A stretch of DNA of 58,346 nt, filler included, from Dugesia japonica (Eukaryota): assembly GCA_001938525.1 (NCBI GenBank). It is 5 parts of 5 records of this genome, joined end to end, with 100 filler letters (N's around TTAATTAATTAA, not from the genome) between each part and the next. Parts side by side here need not be neighbours in the genome. Positions count along the whole stretch, not along the records: positions 9,722 to 20,594 come from MQRL01585713.1; positions 20,695 to 34,936 come from MQRL01527512.1; 3 more parts are not named here. One strand, written 5' to 3'. Below the pieces are notes generated by a model. It made no database searches, was not told the origin of the DNA, and saw only the letters and a program-made list of their open reading frames with translations. The translations under genes were made by a program, and so were the position numbers. Below are positions 12,791 to 27,059 of this stretch, piece after piece. Position 1 is the stretch's first letter. The number at the start of each line of letters is the position of its first letter.

Positions 12791-15700
12791 CTTTTCTTGT
12801 TTTTCCACTATGTACCATGCAAACATTTTATAAAATTAACTGCCAATTTTCGCCTCAAATATCCATCAATATTCCGAGAGAAACAAGTTATCATTAAAAA
12901 TAGTAATTGAGATAAAGTTTTGTTAGTTTTTTATTTAATATATATTTTCTCTTCAAATTTACTTTGCACAATACAAATTTTGATAAAATATAATTGTTTG
13001 ACAAAAATAATTCGATGAAATATTTTTTTANGATTAATAAAGTATATAAAATAATATTTAACGTAACATTAAATATCTTTTTAAGTCTTCAAGGCCTAAG
13101 TTTAATAAAGTTTTGAAATTATTATGAGATCCGGATGACATCTAAAAGTTATCTATTATGTTTTTTAATTATTTATTTTTTAATGGATATTCGAATGAAT
13201 TAAATACAAGTTCATAAAAAATTAAAATCAATTTCAATTATAAATGAATTCAATAGAAAACATATTTCATTTAATGAAATGAAAAAAAGAAACATTGTTA
13301 AAATTTTTCGAAATTTAATTAACTGAAAGATGTGACCTGTAAAAGAGTAATACCGGAAGTTATTTATATATTCTTTGAACATTTTTAAAAAAATTGTGAA
13401 TATTTTCATAAAATTTGTATTGGTTACCAGATTAATCAATACAATGCATTTATTGTACCCAATTTTGCAAAGTATTATCGCATTTGTTAAATAAAAACAA
13501 TAATTATAATTACCGTAAAAAATATTGAATTTTCTATAAATATCATAAAATATAGTGAGATGATTTGTACTTAATACTAAAAAAATATATTATACAGTAA
13601 TTAACATGACAAGGGGATTTTTTTTTATTTAGATTAGGAAATTTTTCAATGGATTCGTTTAAACGGAAATCATCAGTTGAGATTGTTAAAGAAATTTTTT
13701 GAAATTTATAGTAAGTCCGCGAATTATTTCATTAATATTGGCAAAAAATATTTATTTTAAATATAAATATTGCACAAATTAGTTTCTTTTACGAATAATA
13801 ACTAACTTTTCATTATTGCCTATTAAATAATTAAACACAAATACTTAATTTTTGAAAACGAAACGAAAATTTCATTGCTATCAAATATAAAGATGAAAAA
13901 TATTTATAATAATTATTTGTTATAAAATGTATATTAAAAAAATAGTAATTTTCCTGCCGTTCATTAATGTAATTAAAAATTGAAATTGATTCGGGATTAA
14001 TATCGGTTAACGATTTCTAGTAGTGTAATAATCAATATTTATTATGGCTGATCCAAATTTCTCGCTAATTAATTTGTTGTGTCCTCTGATTTATGGCAAT
14101 ATAATCAATACTCAATGGAATATATAATCACTGGCTGATTGAGATTATAGTTGGCTTTTATTGTTTGAAGTCTGAGCTTTGAAATAAGATAAAAGTTTTT
14201 TCGTCAATTGCACGCGTAGATATACATGCATCACGAGAATAACGATGATTTCTGTAGTTTCCTCTCGTGTTATAGTGAAACTGACTTTCCAATTTCTTCT
14301 CGGTGGGCGCCCACATCCGTCTGAAAATAGACCATTTCAGATCTTTGAATGGGCTTTAATTAATGTGACTGACGACACCCCACTGTTCGTTAGGCAAGTT
14401 TGTGTGCTTATCTTGCGGAACATTGAGTCACAGCTTATTTATGTCACCTTGGAGACTGGAAATAATATCGATAACTAAATATTAATATTGAAGATATCAA
14501 ACAATATTCTGTTTTTTGTTGTACTGAGCAAATTCTGTTTTGAGGCGTCACTCTGGCATTGTTTTTATTGCTTTTTAATGCATATATACATATATTTTAT
14601 ATCTTCTATAATCGTACAAGTTCATGACGACTGTGTCTTTTTGTTTATATTATAATATTTAATTGATCAAATATTCATCGTTTCTTATTTTGGTACCGAA
14701 AATTAATTACTTAAATACTTTCTTTGAAATTCGATATCTTCAAGTTGCTGGAAATTTCTTATCAAATACATTCTATTAATTAATTATTCAAATTAGATTA
14801 TACGTTTTTAAGTAATTTTCACTATTTTTGCATTTACTTTTATATGATTTCATGTGGTTATTTCTTTAAATTTCTATTTTACTTTTATGATTAATACATA
14901 ATTATTTTTATAAATAAAAATTTGAGATTAACAATTTATTTTTTTCCTTAATTTTGTAATTTTATTTTCATGTAAACAACTAAATTGAATAATCAAAATT
15001 TTATTTTAAAATACAATATAATTAATTAAAAACTATAAAAGTAAATATAAAAATTAATAAATATAAATGTTCATATATTTCAAGAATGATCATGTCAAGA
15101 AATTGTATAGTTTATTAATTTTTAGAGTTGTTTTTTATTTGTTAGTTATTTAATAACCCAATAAAATTATCGAATATTATAAAAGATATAAAATATTATA
15201 TAAAAAATGTAAATTTTGTCCGGAAAATTTAAGATTGATTAATTTTTTTGAAAATTTATAAATATCTAAAAAGGTAAATTTTGGAAAATTGAAAGAGTTA
15301 TTTGTTACCTTACTATTAGAATTAAAAACATTGAGAAATTGTTTGTTGTTTTCATTTATTTAAATCAGTCCAACGTTTACACTTATTTTAATTCATTTTA
15401 TTTTAATCTTTGAAATTAATTCATGGAACTTAGTTAAAGATTTTTTTTATAAAAGAAAATTATTAGAAAAAATATTAAATTNNNNNTAAATGGTGCAATG
15501 ACAGTGACGATTACTGTTCTTTCAAATGATATGATTAGACAATTGTTTAATTATCGTGTAATGCTATCGGTGTTATAATAATTATCTATAATTTTCAATT
15601 GTAGACTCAAAAAAGATACTTCTCTCATTTTTCTGTTTTCTCTCCGTCATTCTATTAATTCATGAATAAAGCCATTTATAATGAATAAACACATTTCACG

Positions 15701-16169
15701 TGTAATTATTTGTTTTAAATACTTTTCAATGGTATTCTGTTTCTTTCGTTTATTGTTTTAATTTAGAACTAATAATAAATATTAAATGTCTCTATAGGAT
15801 ATTATTATTATTATTGTTTGTGTTTTATCCGCATTTTCATATATCTGTATAATACAATTAAATAAGACATTTCTTTTAATTTGACAGAGAAGGAATATTT
15901 TCTTTTATATATTTGGTTGATAATATGGTTTCGTTAAAATAAATATTCTATAGATTACTATAAAATCTTTGTAAAATATACTGTAATAAATTGAAAATTT
16001 GTGATGTGAGAAACTAAAAATATTCTGTGGAATTAAAATTTAAAAGATTGTGTTATTGTTCATTTGTATCACATCAATAAATAATTTCCAAAACTGGATA
16101 ATCTTGGTGCACCAATATATTTTATTATTTTTATAGTTTTTAAGTTAAAATAAATCTAAAATGATAATA

Positions 16170-16202
<33 letters not shown>

Positions 16203-16623
16203 TGAATATTTATTAAATTTTAGATCGAAAATATTTTCGAAAAATTATTTTCCATTATCTTATATTAAATCAATTCATTTTTTTAAAATTTTAATTTAAA
16301 TTCTATAACTTGGTGGCATAAAATATCTATTGAATATAATAGAATACTTTGTAATAGTTTAATGTTGTGGCTGTGTTATATTGTTAGTGACAATCGATAA
16401 TAATGCTTTTATATACGCTTTTCCAGTTCTATTCTTAATAGCAGTATCAAATAGGATATAAAAGCTCTTTACAAATAAAGATTTTTGATAAAGTTCATTC
16501 TACCTCACATCTTAAATATTGAACTAATTACCTTAAGGTTTTATATACAATCTCACTTTTATTATAATACCTGAAAAATCATTTTAGTTTATCATAAATT
16601 CAATTGACTATCTGTATATAAAT

Positions 16624-16926
16624 CAGGAATGTGCAGCTTACGGCCCTCATAATAATTTCAAAACTTTAAACTTAGGTCTTAAAAACGTAAAAAGGTATTT
16701 AATGTATGTTAAATATTAATTTATATAAACTAAACATACACATATTTGAAATAATTTTAATTATTCTTTCCATCTCCATAATGCTGGTACGCTTTTAATA
16801 TTATTTTTTTTAAATAACCCCAAAATTTCTCTGTACTGTTTTTAAATTCGAGTTATAAATCAAGCCCGTGATATGGTGTAATATTTATTTCCTGGCCCGT
16901 GATCATGGCAAAGTGTCACATGCCTG
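16624..16926. mobile_element. hAT-type MITE with CAGG(A/C)ATGTG terminal inverted repeats
   Basis: Left end caggaatgtgcagc, right end gtgtcacatgcctg. The flanking 8-mers (atataaat, gtaaaaat) are only partly similar. Confidence 0.6.
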
Positions 16927-18007
16927 GTAAAAATTATTCATTGATATCAAGTAGAACGAAATTTATTGTTNNNNNNNNNNNNNNNNNNNNNNNNNNNNNN
17001 NNNNNNNNNNNATAATTAGAGACATGACCATCAACAGTACACATCATGATTGATTTAATTTTAATCATAAAATCAAAAATTTCATTAAAAAGTCTTTAAT
17101 AAATATTTCATTAACAAATAAGAATTTCATAAACATTGATATTATTTTTCAATCTATGATATTATTTTCAATTTCAAACATTAGTTTATTTGCTATATAA
17201 CATTCTCTCAGGAAACTTAATTTTTTTTGTTTAGTTATTTACCATATTTCTTTTTTAAATAACATGAAAAATATTCAATTTAAACTTGCATAAATAGTAA
17301 ATCGATTGTTCATTTTAATTTAGTTTTTAATCTTTTTTTCAAATTCATTTGAAATAAATTTCCAAGATAATAATTTTGCTTAAATAAATTGAAATTGATT
17401 GATGAGTGAAATTAAACCAATTAATTGATTTTATTATTCTGGAAAAAAAATTCAATGAGAATTTTATTTACATCAATGATAAATTGGAATTGGGAATCGG
17501 GTTTTCCTTTATTTGTTTGGTTGAGAGTTATCGCATGAGTTAATTAATTATGAACCAAATCAAGTGATAATTGATCATTGATTGTTTATTGAGCTATTGA
17601 TGCCATTGTCCTTCTGCTGATCCGTATATCGAATTCAAATGTGCTGTTGTAAACATTGGTTGATAATAATTTATATCTGACTCCACTTTCATCCTGCTTT
17701 ATAATCTCTACTTTATTTTTAGCGTTTAAATCCAATCATGAGAATTTATNNNNNNNNNNNNNNNNNNNNNNNNNNNNNNNNNNNNTACTTAATAATAAAT
17801 TAATTTACCAAAATTTGCATGTTTAATAATTGAAATTCTTCGTTTTAGTGTATTTAAATTACCCAATTATTTATGAATCATTTATAAAATAATTGTTTTC
17901 CTCTATCAAAATACAATGAATTCGGTAATAATTAGAAGAAAACAAATTACATGACGTTTTTAAAAGTAATCAAAGTAATTGAATATACACATCATAGATT
18001 CAAATTG

Positions 18008-18073
<66 letters not shown>

Positions 18074-20100
18074 NNNNNNNNNNNNNNNNNNNNNNNNNNN
18101 NNNNNNNNNNNNNNNNNNNNNNNAATTTTGAGTTGAATTTTAAAAAAATGTCAACTTAAAACTAATAAATCTGAACGTCATTATTTATTGAATATTGTAA
18201 TAGGTTTAGTTATTACATGTTTATTTAATAGCATAAACAAATTTTAACTTTGATATTAATATAATAATAATTATTATTATCATTATTACTTTGGTTTTAT
18301 GGTTTTAATATGTTTCTGAAACTATTGTCAATCAAATTTTTATACGCGTTAACACAATGAAATCATTTATTTATTAAAATAAACAGCCGCATTTTTCGAA
18401 TCGAGGCTTCTATATCCATTACGAAATCTGCNCTAACAAAAATTTATATTATTCTAAATTCAATTGGTAATAATCTCTTTTTTAAATTAGTATATTAATA
18501 ACGACAAAAGTATTTGCAAATTTTTTCAATTATATCTTTTAATCCTGTGTTTTGAATATTTACCATTTTAAATATGTATTTAAAATATTATTGGTCTCAC
18601 TAAAATATGATTTAGAACAAATTATGCGCGATTTCATTGTTTTGAGTTATTTACTGAAATATTAAATTTCGATGTTTTTCTTAAACATTAATTTTTTCAT
18701 CAAATGATATTTTGATTATATGTAATACAATAAGTCTTTTAAATATTTTTAATAAACCTTTCAAAGTATTAACTTTATTAATTGCAGTTAAGAATTATAA
18801 TGCAAATAATTTAGATTCGAAAATTCTATTTCTAAATTATAACAACATGTATTTTTTTCATTTGTTAAAAGCGTGAATTTTTCTTATAATTTAATTTATT
18901 TATTTAACTCATTAATTTAATTATTTTATCGTTTAATGTGAGATATATACTAGTTATCTTTGTTTATATTTTAATGAACTGAGGTTATAAATGACGTTAT
19001 CGATTTATGGAAACATGTTAAAACATGATGAAATATTTATGATTTCTAATAGATTATTTTGAAAACGTTTCTTGACATTGAATGTGACTATGATTATTAT
19101 TAATCATCATATANNNNNNNNNNNNNNNNNNNNNNNNNNNNNNNNNNNNNNNNNNNNNNNNNNNNNNNNNNNNNNNNNNNNNNNNNNNNNNNNNNNNNNN
19201 NNNNNNNNNNNNNNNNNNNNNNNNNNNNNNNNNNNGTTTTTTTTAACATTTTATTATCTCCATTAACTATCAACAATAAAATAGTATCAATTTCTATGTT
19301 GAGTTTTTCAACAGAAAAGTTGGTACTTGATTTTTATGGTTTGTATTCACTATTCACGTTTAAATTATAAATTAAAAATATTTTGATTTTCTTTTATTAA
19401 TTTTCACATTGTAAAAACTTGAAAACTTTTGACATAATTTGTGTAAACTTTAATTGAAATGTTAGTGAAGATAAAATTATTGAAATTTCATATTTGTTTG
19501 TATACCTCAATTTATTGAAATATTTGATTATTTGTTTTTAATTAATCATTTCAACTTATTTTCTGTCTAGATATATTTTTTTTAATTTTAAACAAAGTCC
19601 CGGTTATTTTATTGAAAAAGAGTAGTTTTTAGAGCGTGATGGATGGAAATTGAATTGAATTTTTTCTACTCTAGTTAGTATCAATTTCCCTGACTGAGTT
19701 TTTTTTATAAAATCATTTATTGGCATTGAATTGTTATTGTGAGTTGGAAATTTTCTTAATTGGCATGATTTGACTTTCATTTTGATCTATTATTTTATTT
19801 TTTTATTTATAATTGAATTTTAATGATTAAAAATTTTTATTTCGGTAATTATTGGTATCATAGATTTTGACGACTTTTTTTATTTAAGTTTAATTTAATT
19901 AATTTTAATTATTCTTATATTTCTGCTTAGTTTTATAATGTGCAATAACAATAAATTAAATGGGTTGGTCTTTTCAAAATCACAATTTCTTACATTAAAT
20001 TTTTTTATTATAAAAGGCAATTCTGACAAAGAAATTAATATTTTAGAAATTCTTAAACGAAAAATACTGCTGTGAAGCATATATATCTCAAATTCTTAAG

Positions 20101-20594
20101 TATTACGTCTTTAGAAAAGTAATGTCCGAATTTGTTTAATAAATCAAAATTTATAAAATCTAAGTACAATAATTTATTTAATGATCAATGATGTTTACAT
20201 CCCGTTCTAATACTTGTTGCCAATTTGAAACCTAGTTTCAATTGCTCTTTTGTAAATCTTTCCGCAACAACATCGTCGTGTTTTTTATCGACATTTTTTT
20301 TACCTGAAATGAAATACTGCATCGACCGAAATTAATAGTACACGGGCTGTGTTATGTCTGGAGAATATGGAGATGAAGAAAAACATCCTAGTCAAACTCC
20401 TTGATTTTCTTAAGAGTCACCTTTGCGGTGTATGGTATAGTGTTATCTTAATGCATGATAATACTTTTTCTGTTGGCCAACGCAGGATGTTTAATCGGGT
20501 CAACTGCTTTCAATAGAAGGCTGCTGTAATTCTTTCCCCAGATGCCAACTGTTATAGTGTATGATTCCATGTACATTCCACCAAACACTAAGTA
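20101..20594 (-). mobile_element. Mariner transposase relic (catalytic domain and 3' TIR)
   Basis: The minus strand reads WWNVHGIIHY...HPALANRKSIIMH*DNTIPYTAKVTLKKI...PYSPDI, matching the HDNARPH and YSPDL motifs. It ends in the TIR-like ttcggacattacttttctaaagacgtaata. Confidence 0.8.
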
Positions 20595-20694
20595 NNNNNN
20601 NNNNNNNNNNNNNNNNNNNNNNNNNNNNNNNNNNNNNNTTAATTAATTAANNNNNNNNNNNNNNNNNNNNNNNNNNNNNNNNNNNNNNNNNNNN
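20595..20694. other. Artificial contig spacer
   Basis: 44N-TTAATTAATTAA-44N. Confidence 0.95.
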
Positions 20695-21403
20695 TGACCG
20701 AAAAATCTAATCCATTTAAACAAAATTTGAATAATTCAAGTTTTTTGCTAAATAATTGTCGAACAGCAAAGCAAATGATCAATTCGTGGTTATCAAAGAT
20801 TTATGTCATATACTATAGCAACAAGCTTTTACTTTCTATGTTGGGGAGAGTGTTTAAAGTTTTAAAATTTATAAGTAGCTCAATAACCAACTAACCTGAT
20901 ACACTTACAACGAGAGCCACTAAATAAATTATCACTTGATTTGAAAGTTTACATGCAAACATAGATTTCAATACACAATTTTTGTTAAATTTGATAAAAA
21001 GATTTACTAAAACACTTATTCTTAATAACGAATGCTTTCGAGGAAACAGATTGAAGGGTTCTAAACCACTTTAACAAGGAACTCAATTCTGGTTTATACA
21101 TATTAAATTTGTTGGTTTAAAGAATTTTTCACCTCTATGGGCTCTTCTGATACGTAAAAAATAGTATATGCCAATTATTTTTACCAAATAAATGAAGTAA
21201 ATCTTATGCCATTTTTATTTATATACCACAATTTCTAATTGCATGCATTTTGATTACTAATTTGCTCACAAAATACCCACTGTGCTGACGAAGAATTAAA
21301 TATTGAATATCGAAAAATATTGAATTTATTGGAAACTAAAAAGTATTTTTAAAAAAAAATAAATTTAATTTCATTAATAATTTTAATTATTTGAAACACT
21401 AAC

Positions 21404-22161
21404 ATCGCTATCAGATTTATCAAGAAGTTTTATCTTTGATTCCAGGGACGTCTTTTTACTTTGTAAATCTGTACTTATTTTTGGTAAAAATCCTCTAATT
21501 TTATTGTGGAAAATCTGAAATATTTTACGGTGAAATCAAAATATTATAAGATAATAAATTCACATTAAGCAGTTTACTAGTTAATACATTTATGCCATGA
21601 TGAGCAGAAATTTCTGGATAGTTCTCTTCCAAGTACTTTTTTTCCAAGTCAGAAACAGAATCAATCGATTCGTTTTTTGAGAGGCTCTGTTGATTTCTGT
21701 TTTTCAGTAAAGTTACTCCTAAAGACTTTATCAAGAAATCATTTTTAAGAAGGTCTCTTGCATCTGTTCCTTTGTCCATCAAATCTATTTTGGTAATAAC
21801 GTGAAATGTCCTTGTTCCTAAAATATAAATATTATTTTACTAAAAGAAAAGATGAAATTCTTTTCCAAAAAATGATTAAAAGAATTATATATATTTTACC
21901 GTCAGGATCAAATTTTCGTGAAAGTCTAATTGAATCACTGTTTGCAAGATCTACATTTGCAGCAGATACAGCTAAAATAATAGAATTGGGTGACTCGGCA
22001 TACTTTACCGCCAGGTTTTCAATTTCATTTACATGTTGATCTTTGCCTGTGGGGCTATTTTTTATCAATCCAGGTAAATCAACCAAAGTTATTTGTGGAA
22101 AGTCTTTCTTTGTTAGTTTAATAATAATAGGAATTTGAGAAAAGTCCTGGAAATATTATAT

Positions 22162-22226
<65 letters not shown>

Positions 22227-22341
22227 NNNNNNNNNNNNNNNNNNNNNNNNNNNNNNNNNNNNNNNNNNNNNNNNNNNNNNNNNNNNNNNNNNNNNNNNNN
22301 NNNNNNNNNNNNNNNNNNNNNNNNNNNNNNNNNNNNNNNNN

Positions 22342-22401
<60 letters not shown>

Positions 22402-24352
22402 TAATAATAATAGAAAAAGATATTATCAAAGAAATCAAAAAACTGGAATCAATTATTATTACTCTAACAGATAAGACCAAAAAACTAACCACTCTATCAG
22501 AACAAAGTTATAAAGAAATGTTTCCAGAACATTTAGTTAACTATGAACAATAGCTTATAAAAGACTTCCAACAACAGAACAAATATACTTAACTAAACAA
22601 CTGTTGAAAATTATAGACAATTATCCAGATCACATTAAAACATTATTTCTGGCAAGTAAATGCAGTGAACCGATTCCATCGACAATGTATTGTCTTCCCA
22701 AAGACCATAAAACCGCTTTAAAAGGCAGACCCATTGTCAATGCTACAGATACACCCTCCACCCCATTATGCAGGCTGATGGCAGACATATTAAAACCACT
22801 ATTACATCTCATTCCGGCACACCTAAAAAACAACTAGGAATTTTTCGAAACCTTAAAAAAATACCAATGGAAAAAGATGACATTTTTGGATTATTAGACG
22901 TTACAAATCTATATGATTCTATACCAATCAGTGGGCCAGATAATGTTATAGATATTATGAGCAAATTTTACGATGAACATAGAATCTATACAGAAATTTT
23001 AGAAATTACAAAAAATGATTTGAAATGATTTTTAACTTTTTTTCTCACCTTAGACAGTATTATAACATTCAATTATATAAACAAATTAGAGGTTGAGCTA
23101 TGGGCAATAACTTATCCCCAATATTAGCCATTATTTACATGGATAACATTGAAAAAGAAATCATTCATATAGCAAATAATAAAATCAAACTTTGGCTAAG
23201 ATACATAGATGATATCTTCTTCATTACCAATACTACCTCAGAAAATATTCTTAATATAGTCAAAAATATCAACAGTCACATCCAATTTTCGTTAGAAGAA
23301 GCAATAAATTACCAAAAACCTTTCCTTAACACACTTATACCGAAAGAACCTAATCGAATGCTGACTAGCCAACTATACATAAAACCATTTCTCAGTGGAT
23401 TGATATTACCATGGAGCAGCAACATCCCTACCAGACAACAAATCGGGATTATCAAAGGAGAAAGAATATGAGAAGAACGATTATCATCTAATAAAGAAAT
23501 GCAATCAGTATCACTAGAGCTATTAAAAAATAAATTTAACCGAAATGGTTATCCAGAGAATGTTATATCCAAATATCTAACACAAAATGTACTAGAGAAT
23601 GATAATAAAAAAAAGAAAAATAGAAAAAAAAACAAATAAAGTAATTAAACTACCATATATCAATGAAAATGTAGTCAATTGATGCAGAATATAACTTACA
23701 AATTAAAGATCACATATTCACCTGGGATAATATTAAAAACACAAGCACCCTTAGGAATTCAACCAAAAAAAGCAAAGAATAACTCATATCGCCAAAATGC
23801 ATATGTAATAACAGGAATATATGTAATAAAAAAATGTAGCTTATGAAATTACTTGTACCATATGCAACAAATCATACATAGGCGAAACCTTCAGAACAAT
23901 CAGAACCAGAATCAAAGAATATATCAAACAGAATGAGAGTGAAGTATATAAATATTTCATACACGATCATAAAATTCATGCTGACTAAAATATTATAAAA
24001 TGGAAAATAATAGATTCCTACTATATATTAGCACTCCATAGCAAAAAACAGGAAGAAATTTTAATCAAAAAATTTAACCAGATACTAATATAATTTTTAA
24101 TTTTTAATAATATTATCCAATAAAAATCGGGATAAAAAAATTTAATTTAAAAAAATGATATTAAACGTCAAATTGAATAAATCAATCACAATTCAGAAGA
24201 AGATAAATTCAAAAATTAGGAAAAAATAAAAAACGTTTTTTGAAAAAGTTTTTGTTATTTTAATAAACCTTTTAAAAAGAAAAATATTTTTTTGAAAATC
24301 TTTTGATCTACGACTAAGTTTATTTTCGTAATTTTGAAAATATTTAATTTTT

Positions 24353-24415
<63 letters not shown>

Positions 24416-24647
24416 TTAACAATATATTTACTTTAAGTCCATTTGTAATATCTAGTAATTTCCGTCGAATATTTGATTCCCCTACTAAATGTTGATTGTT
24501 TTCAATTGAGAAATCAGCCATAATTTCCTGATGATTATTTCTAGAAGATAACTGAAGAATAATTGGACATTTAGTACATGTTTCTTTATCTTTTGGTAAA
24601 ACATCAATGTTGACAATTCGTTCAAGAATTGAACTTTTTCCAGTGCT
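21404..24647 (-). CDS. Divergent dynamin/Drp1-like GTPase, possibly a pseudogene; exons 24647-24432, 22146-21900, 21817-21564, 21514-21404
   Basis: Four GT-AG exons splice in frame without stops. Motifs: STGKSSILE (G1), LPKDKETCTKCP (G2), ITLVDLPG (G3), [49 protein letters not shown] (G4), then IRGFLPKI. The first exon and the 3' exons are not cleanly recoverable. Confidence 0.88.
22163..22410. repeat. (AAT)n tract at the 5' flank of the Penelope element
   Basis: Directly visible, spans an N gap. Confidence 0.9.
22411..24353 (+). mobile_element. Penelope-like retroelement (RT + GIY-YIG endonuclease), decayed and 5' truncated
   Basis: RT motifs MYCLPKDHK..GRPIVN, LDVTNLYDSIP, MGNNLSPILAIIYMD and WLRYIDDIF. 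GIY-YIG motif VAYEITCTICNKSYIGETFRTIRTRIKE at ~23835-23925. Frameshifts and stops are present. Confidence 0.92.
24354..24414. repeat. (AAT)n tract at the 3' flank of the Penelope element
   Basis: Directly visible. Confidence 0.95.
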
Positions 24648-26744
24648 CTGAAAGGAAATTATGTCAATAATTGTAAAATACAATATCAAAACATATTATA
24701 AAGCTCTTCTATTTAGTTCCACGGCTACAGAATGCAATTTTTTAATAAAGTAATGCCATTTAAATGATTATCTATAAGCATTTAAATTAAAAATATATGT
24801 AAAATATCCACAGAGACTTGTTAGTTGTTAATGACACCAAAATATAATATTACAGTTGATCACACCAGTTTTTTCATTTCTTGAAAAATTTGAGTTATTT
24901 TTAATAATAAATATTTAAGTTTTAATTTAAATATACAAATTAAAACACCAGCGCATTTCTTTTAAGTAAAGAAATAGATACAATTTTTACATAAAAGTAT
25001 GTTTATATAAGGAGAAAAATACCTATTAAACTTATTGTGTCTCTAAAATACTTTACTCGGTAATATTGACGTGTCAAGTACACAGCACAATAGTCTATGT
25101 CTGGTTTGGGTTTTCTAAGTTTGATTCATGATTAAAAAACCACTTTAAAAGAAAACCATAGATAATTTGTAATTTATAGAACAGTTTAATTTTTAGAAAC
25201 CCTAAAATTTATTATAAAATATGATACCATCTTTCATAATGTAACAAAACTTTAGTTCGTAGATAGTAGCGTGGATTACCACTTCCACCCTCCCATCCCT
25301 GCTGGCAAGTGGTAAAGAAATTTTGCAATTTGATTGTTTACTACATTTACGAAGAAAGGTTTATCGATTTTTATTAGTTGAAAAGTCGCACAGAGCTCTA
25401 AATTTTGGTATAGAGTTTACTTAGTCAAAATAATCTGGTACCATTCGATTCAGAATAAACACATGCTTTTACTTTATCTAAAGGACTACAGTAGGTAAAT
25501 ACTGTTGTACTAAAACAAAAACATAATCGCCCACTCCAAATGTGAAAATTTTTTCCGGTAAATTTTTTTTTCCATTTTGTTGCCTTTTCTTATTTTTGAA
25601 GTAGGTCAAGGTCAAAGTAAAAACCTGCTCAGACGACAAACGTCATATCGTTGAATGTGAAATTAAACGATAAACATTGCGGATTAATTATATTAAGTCT
25701 AAAAATTAATAAAGATTTAAAATTTAAAAACCATGTACCGCCGTCATTTTTAAACATATCGTTTTAAAATCTATTAATTACCTAAAGGGTTGCTTTCAAA
25801 AGTGAATCATTTGCAAAAAATTCCACAATCAAAGAAGAAAGAATTCTCTCTAGTGATAAAGATATGATACGAAAGAAAATTGGTTAGACTTAACAGTAAA
25901 ACGCTATTATAGATTTAAAATTTAAAAAGCGTCACAATCATCAAATTTAAACATACCTAGAATACATACATAGAATTAGTTTTGAGACTAATTCTATTTG
26001 ATAGACAATTAAAAACAACATATACATTTCCTAAATGACTACAATAGAAAAAGGTCTCATTTACATGAGATTTAAAAACCAAATAACAAAGACTCTTTTC
26101 TAAGCATTGATAGAAAAGTGCTATGAAAAAAATTTGATATCGTCGAATGCAAAATTACATGATAAACCGGTTGGTGTATTTTAAAATTCAGTCATTCTAC
26201 ATGTTAGATGAATCTGTAACACTTTTCATTCTAAGACTTATTTAAGACAACAACAAAAATACAGCACATCAATTTGGTTTTTTAAACAAATCTAAAAGTT
26301 TTATAGACTTGAACAAAAAATATTAGTTTATCAAAATATTTTTTTAAATAAAATTTCAAAATACCATAGCAAAAAGTTTTAAAGAAAATTACAAAGAAAA
26401 TATATTTAATTACTTTATTTAATATATTTAAAATTTACTACAAATTAAAAATTTAAAGTTTAGATTTTTGTAAACATTTAAATACGAACAACTTTTTATG
26501 ATTATTTAACAAATTTTTTTTATGATTTCATTTAAAATATTTAATAAATACTTTTAAAAATTTCGTCTCAATATACAAAAAAATTAATTTATCCATTTAA
26601 TTAATTAATTAATTAATTAAATTAAATTTATTTAATTTAATTGATTTTAAAAACTGATTTGCACTACAAACCACTATTATTTCAATGATGATCAAATTGT
26701 AATTAAAAGAAAGTCTAATACAATCAAATGAGATACTAACAACA

Positions 26745-27059
26745 TTGTTAAAGCTTGAAAAATTAAGTGCAAATATTTCTGAAACGTCAAGAATATTTGG
26801 TTTTGATAGAATAGTACAATGGAATAATGTATTAACGAAACTATTGCAAAATAATGTAAACTATATTCCAACAAAGAAAATTAAAGATTTGAAGGAAGTA
26901 ATATTTATCAAGAATGAGGAAAAAATAACAGAACCGCAAACATTAAATAACAATAAAAATGAAGATGCTATAAGCGATGATAACATTTTTGATGCCTACG
27001 AGTGGAATAACTTTAAAATAATCGATATATTGGATGAAGTAGTACGTTGGAACAAATAA
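26745..27059 (+). CDS. Orphan ORF (104 aa), unknown function
   Basis: Protein-like composition and an AATAAA shortly after the stop. No recognisable motif. Confidence 0.3.
   Translation: MLKLEKLSANISETSRIFGFDRIVQWNNVLTKLLQNNVNYIPTKKIKDLKEVIFIKNEEKITEPQTLNNNKNEDAISDDNIFDAYEWNNFKIIDILDEVVRWNK

Noticed and set aside
13633-13715. Possible downstream Dishevelled exon
   Set aside because: It has AG/GT-like borders but no Dvl similarity, and it lies on a different contig.
17951-18136. Poly-Tyr ORF (also the poly-Asn, Leu and Ile ORFs near 22118-22492)
   Set aside because: These are translations of microsatellite and N gaps.
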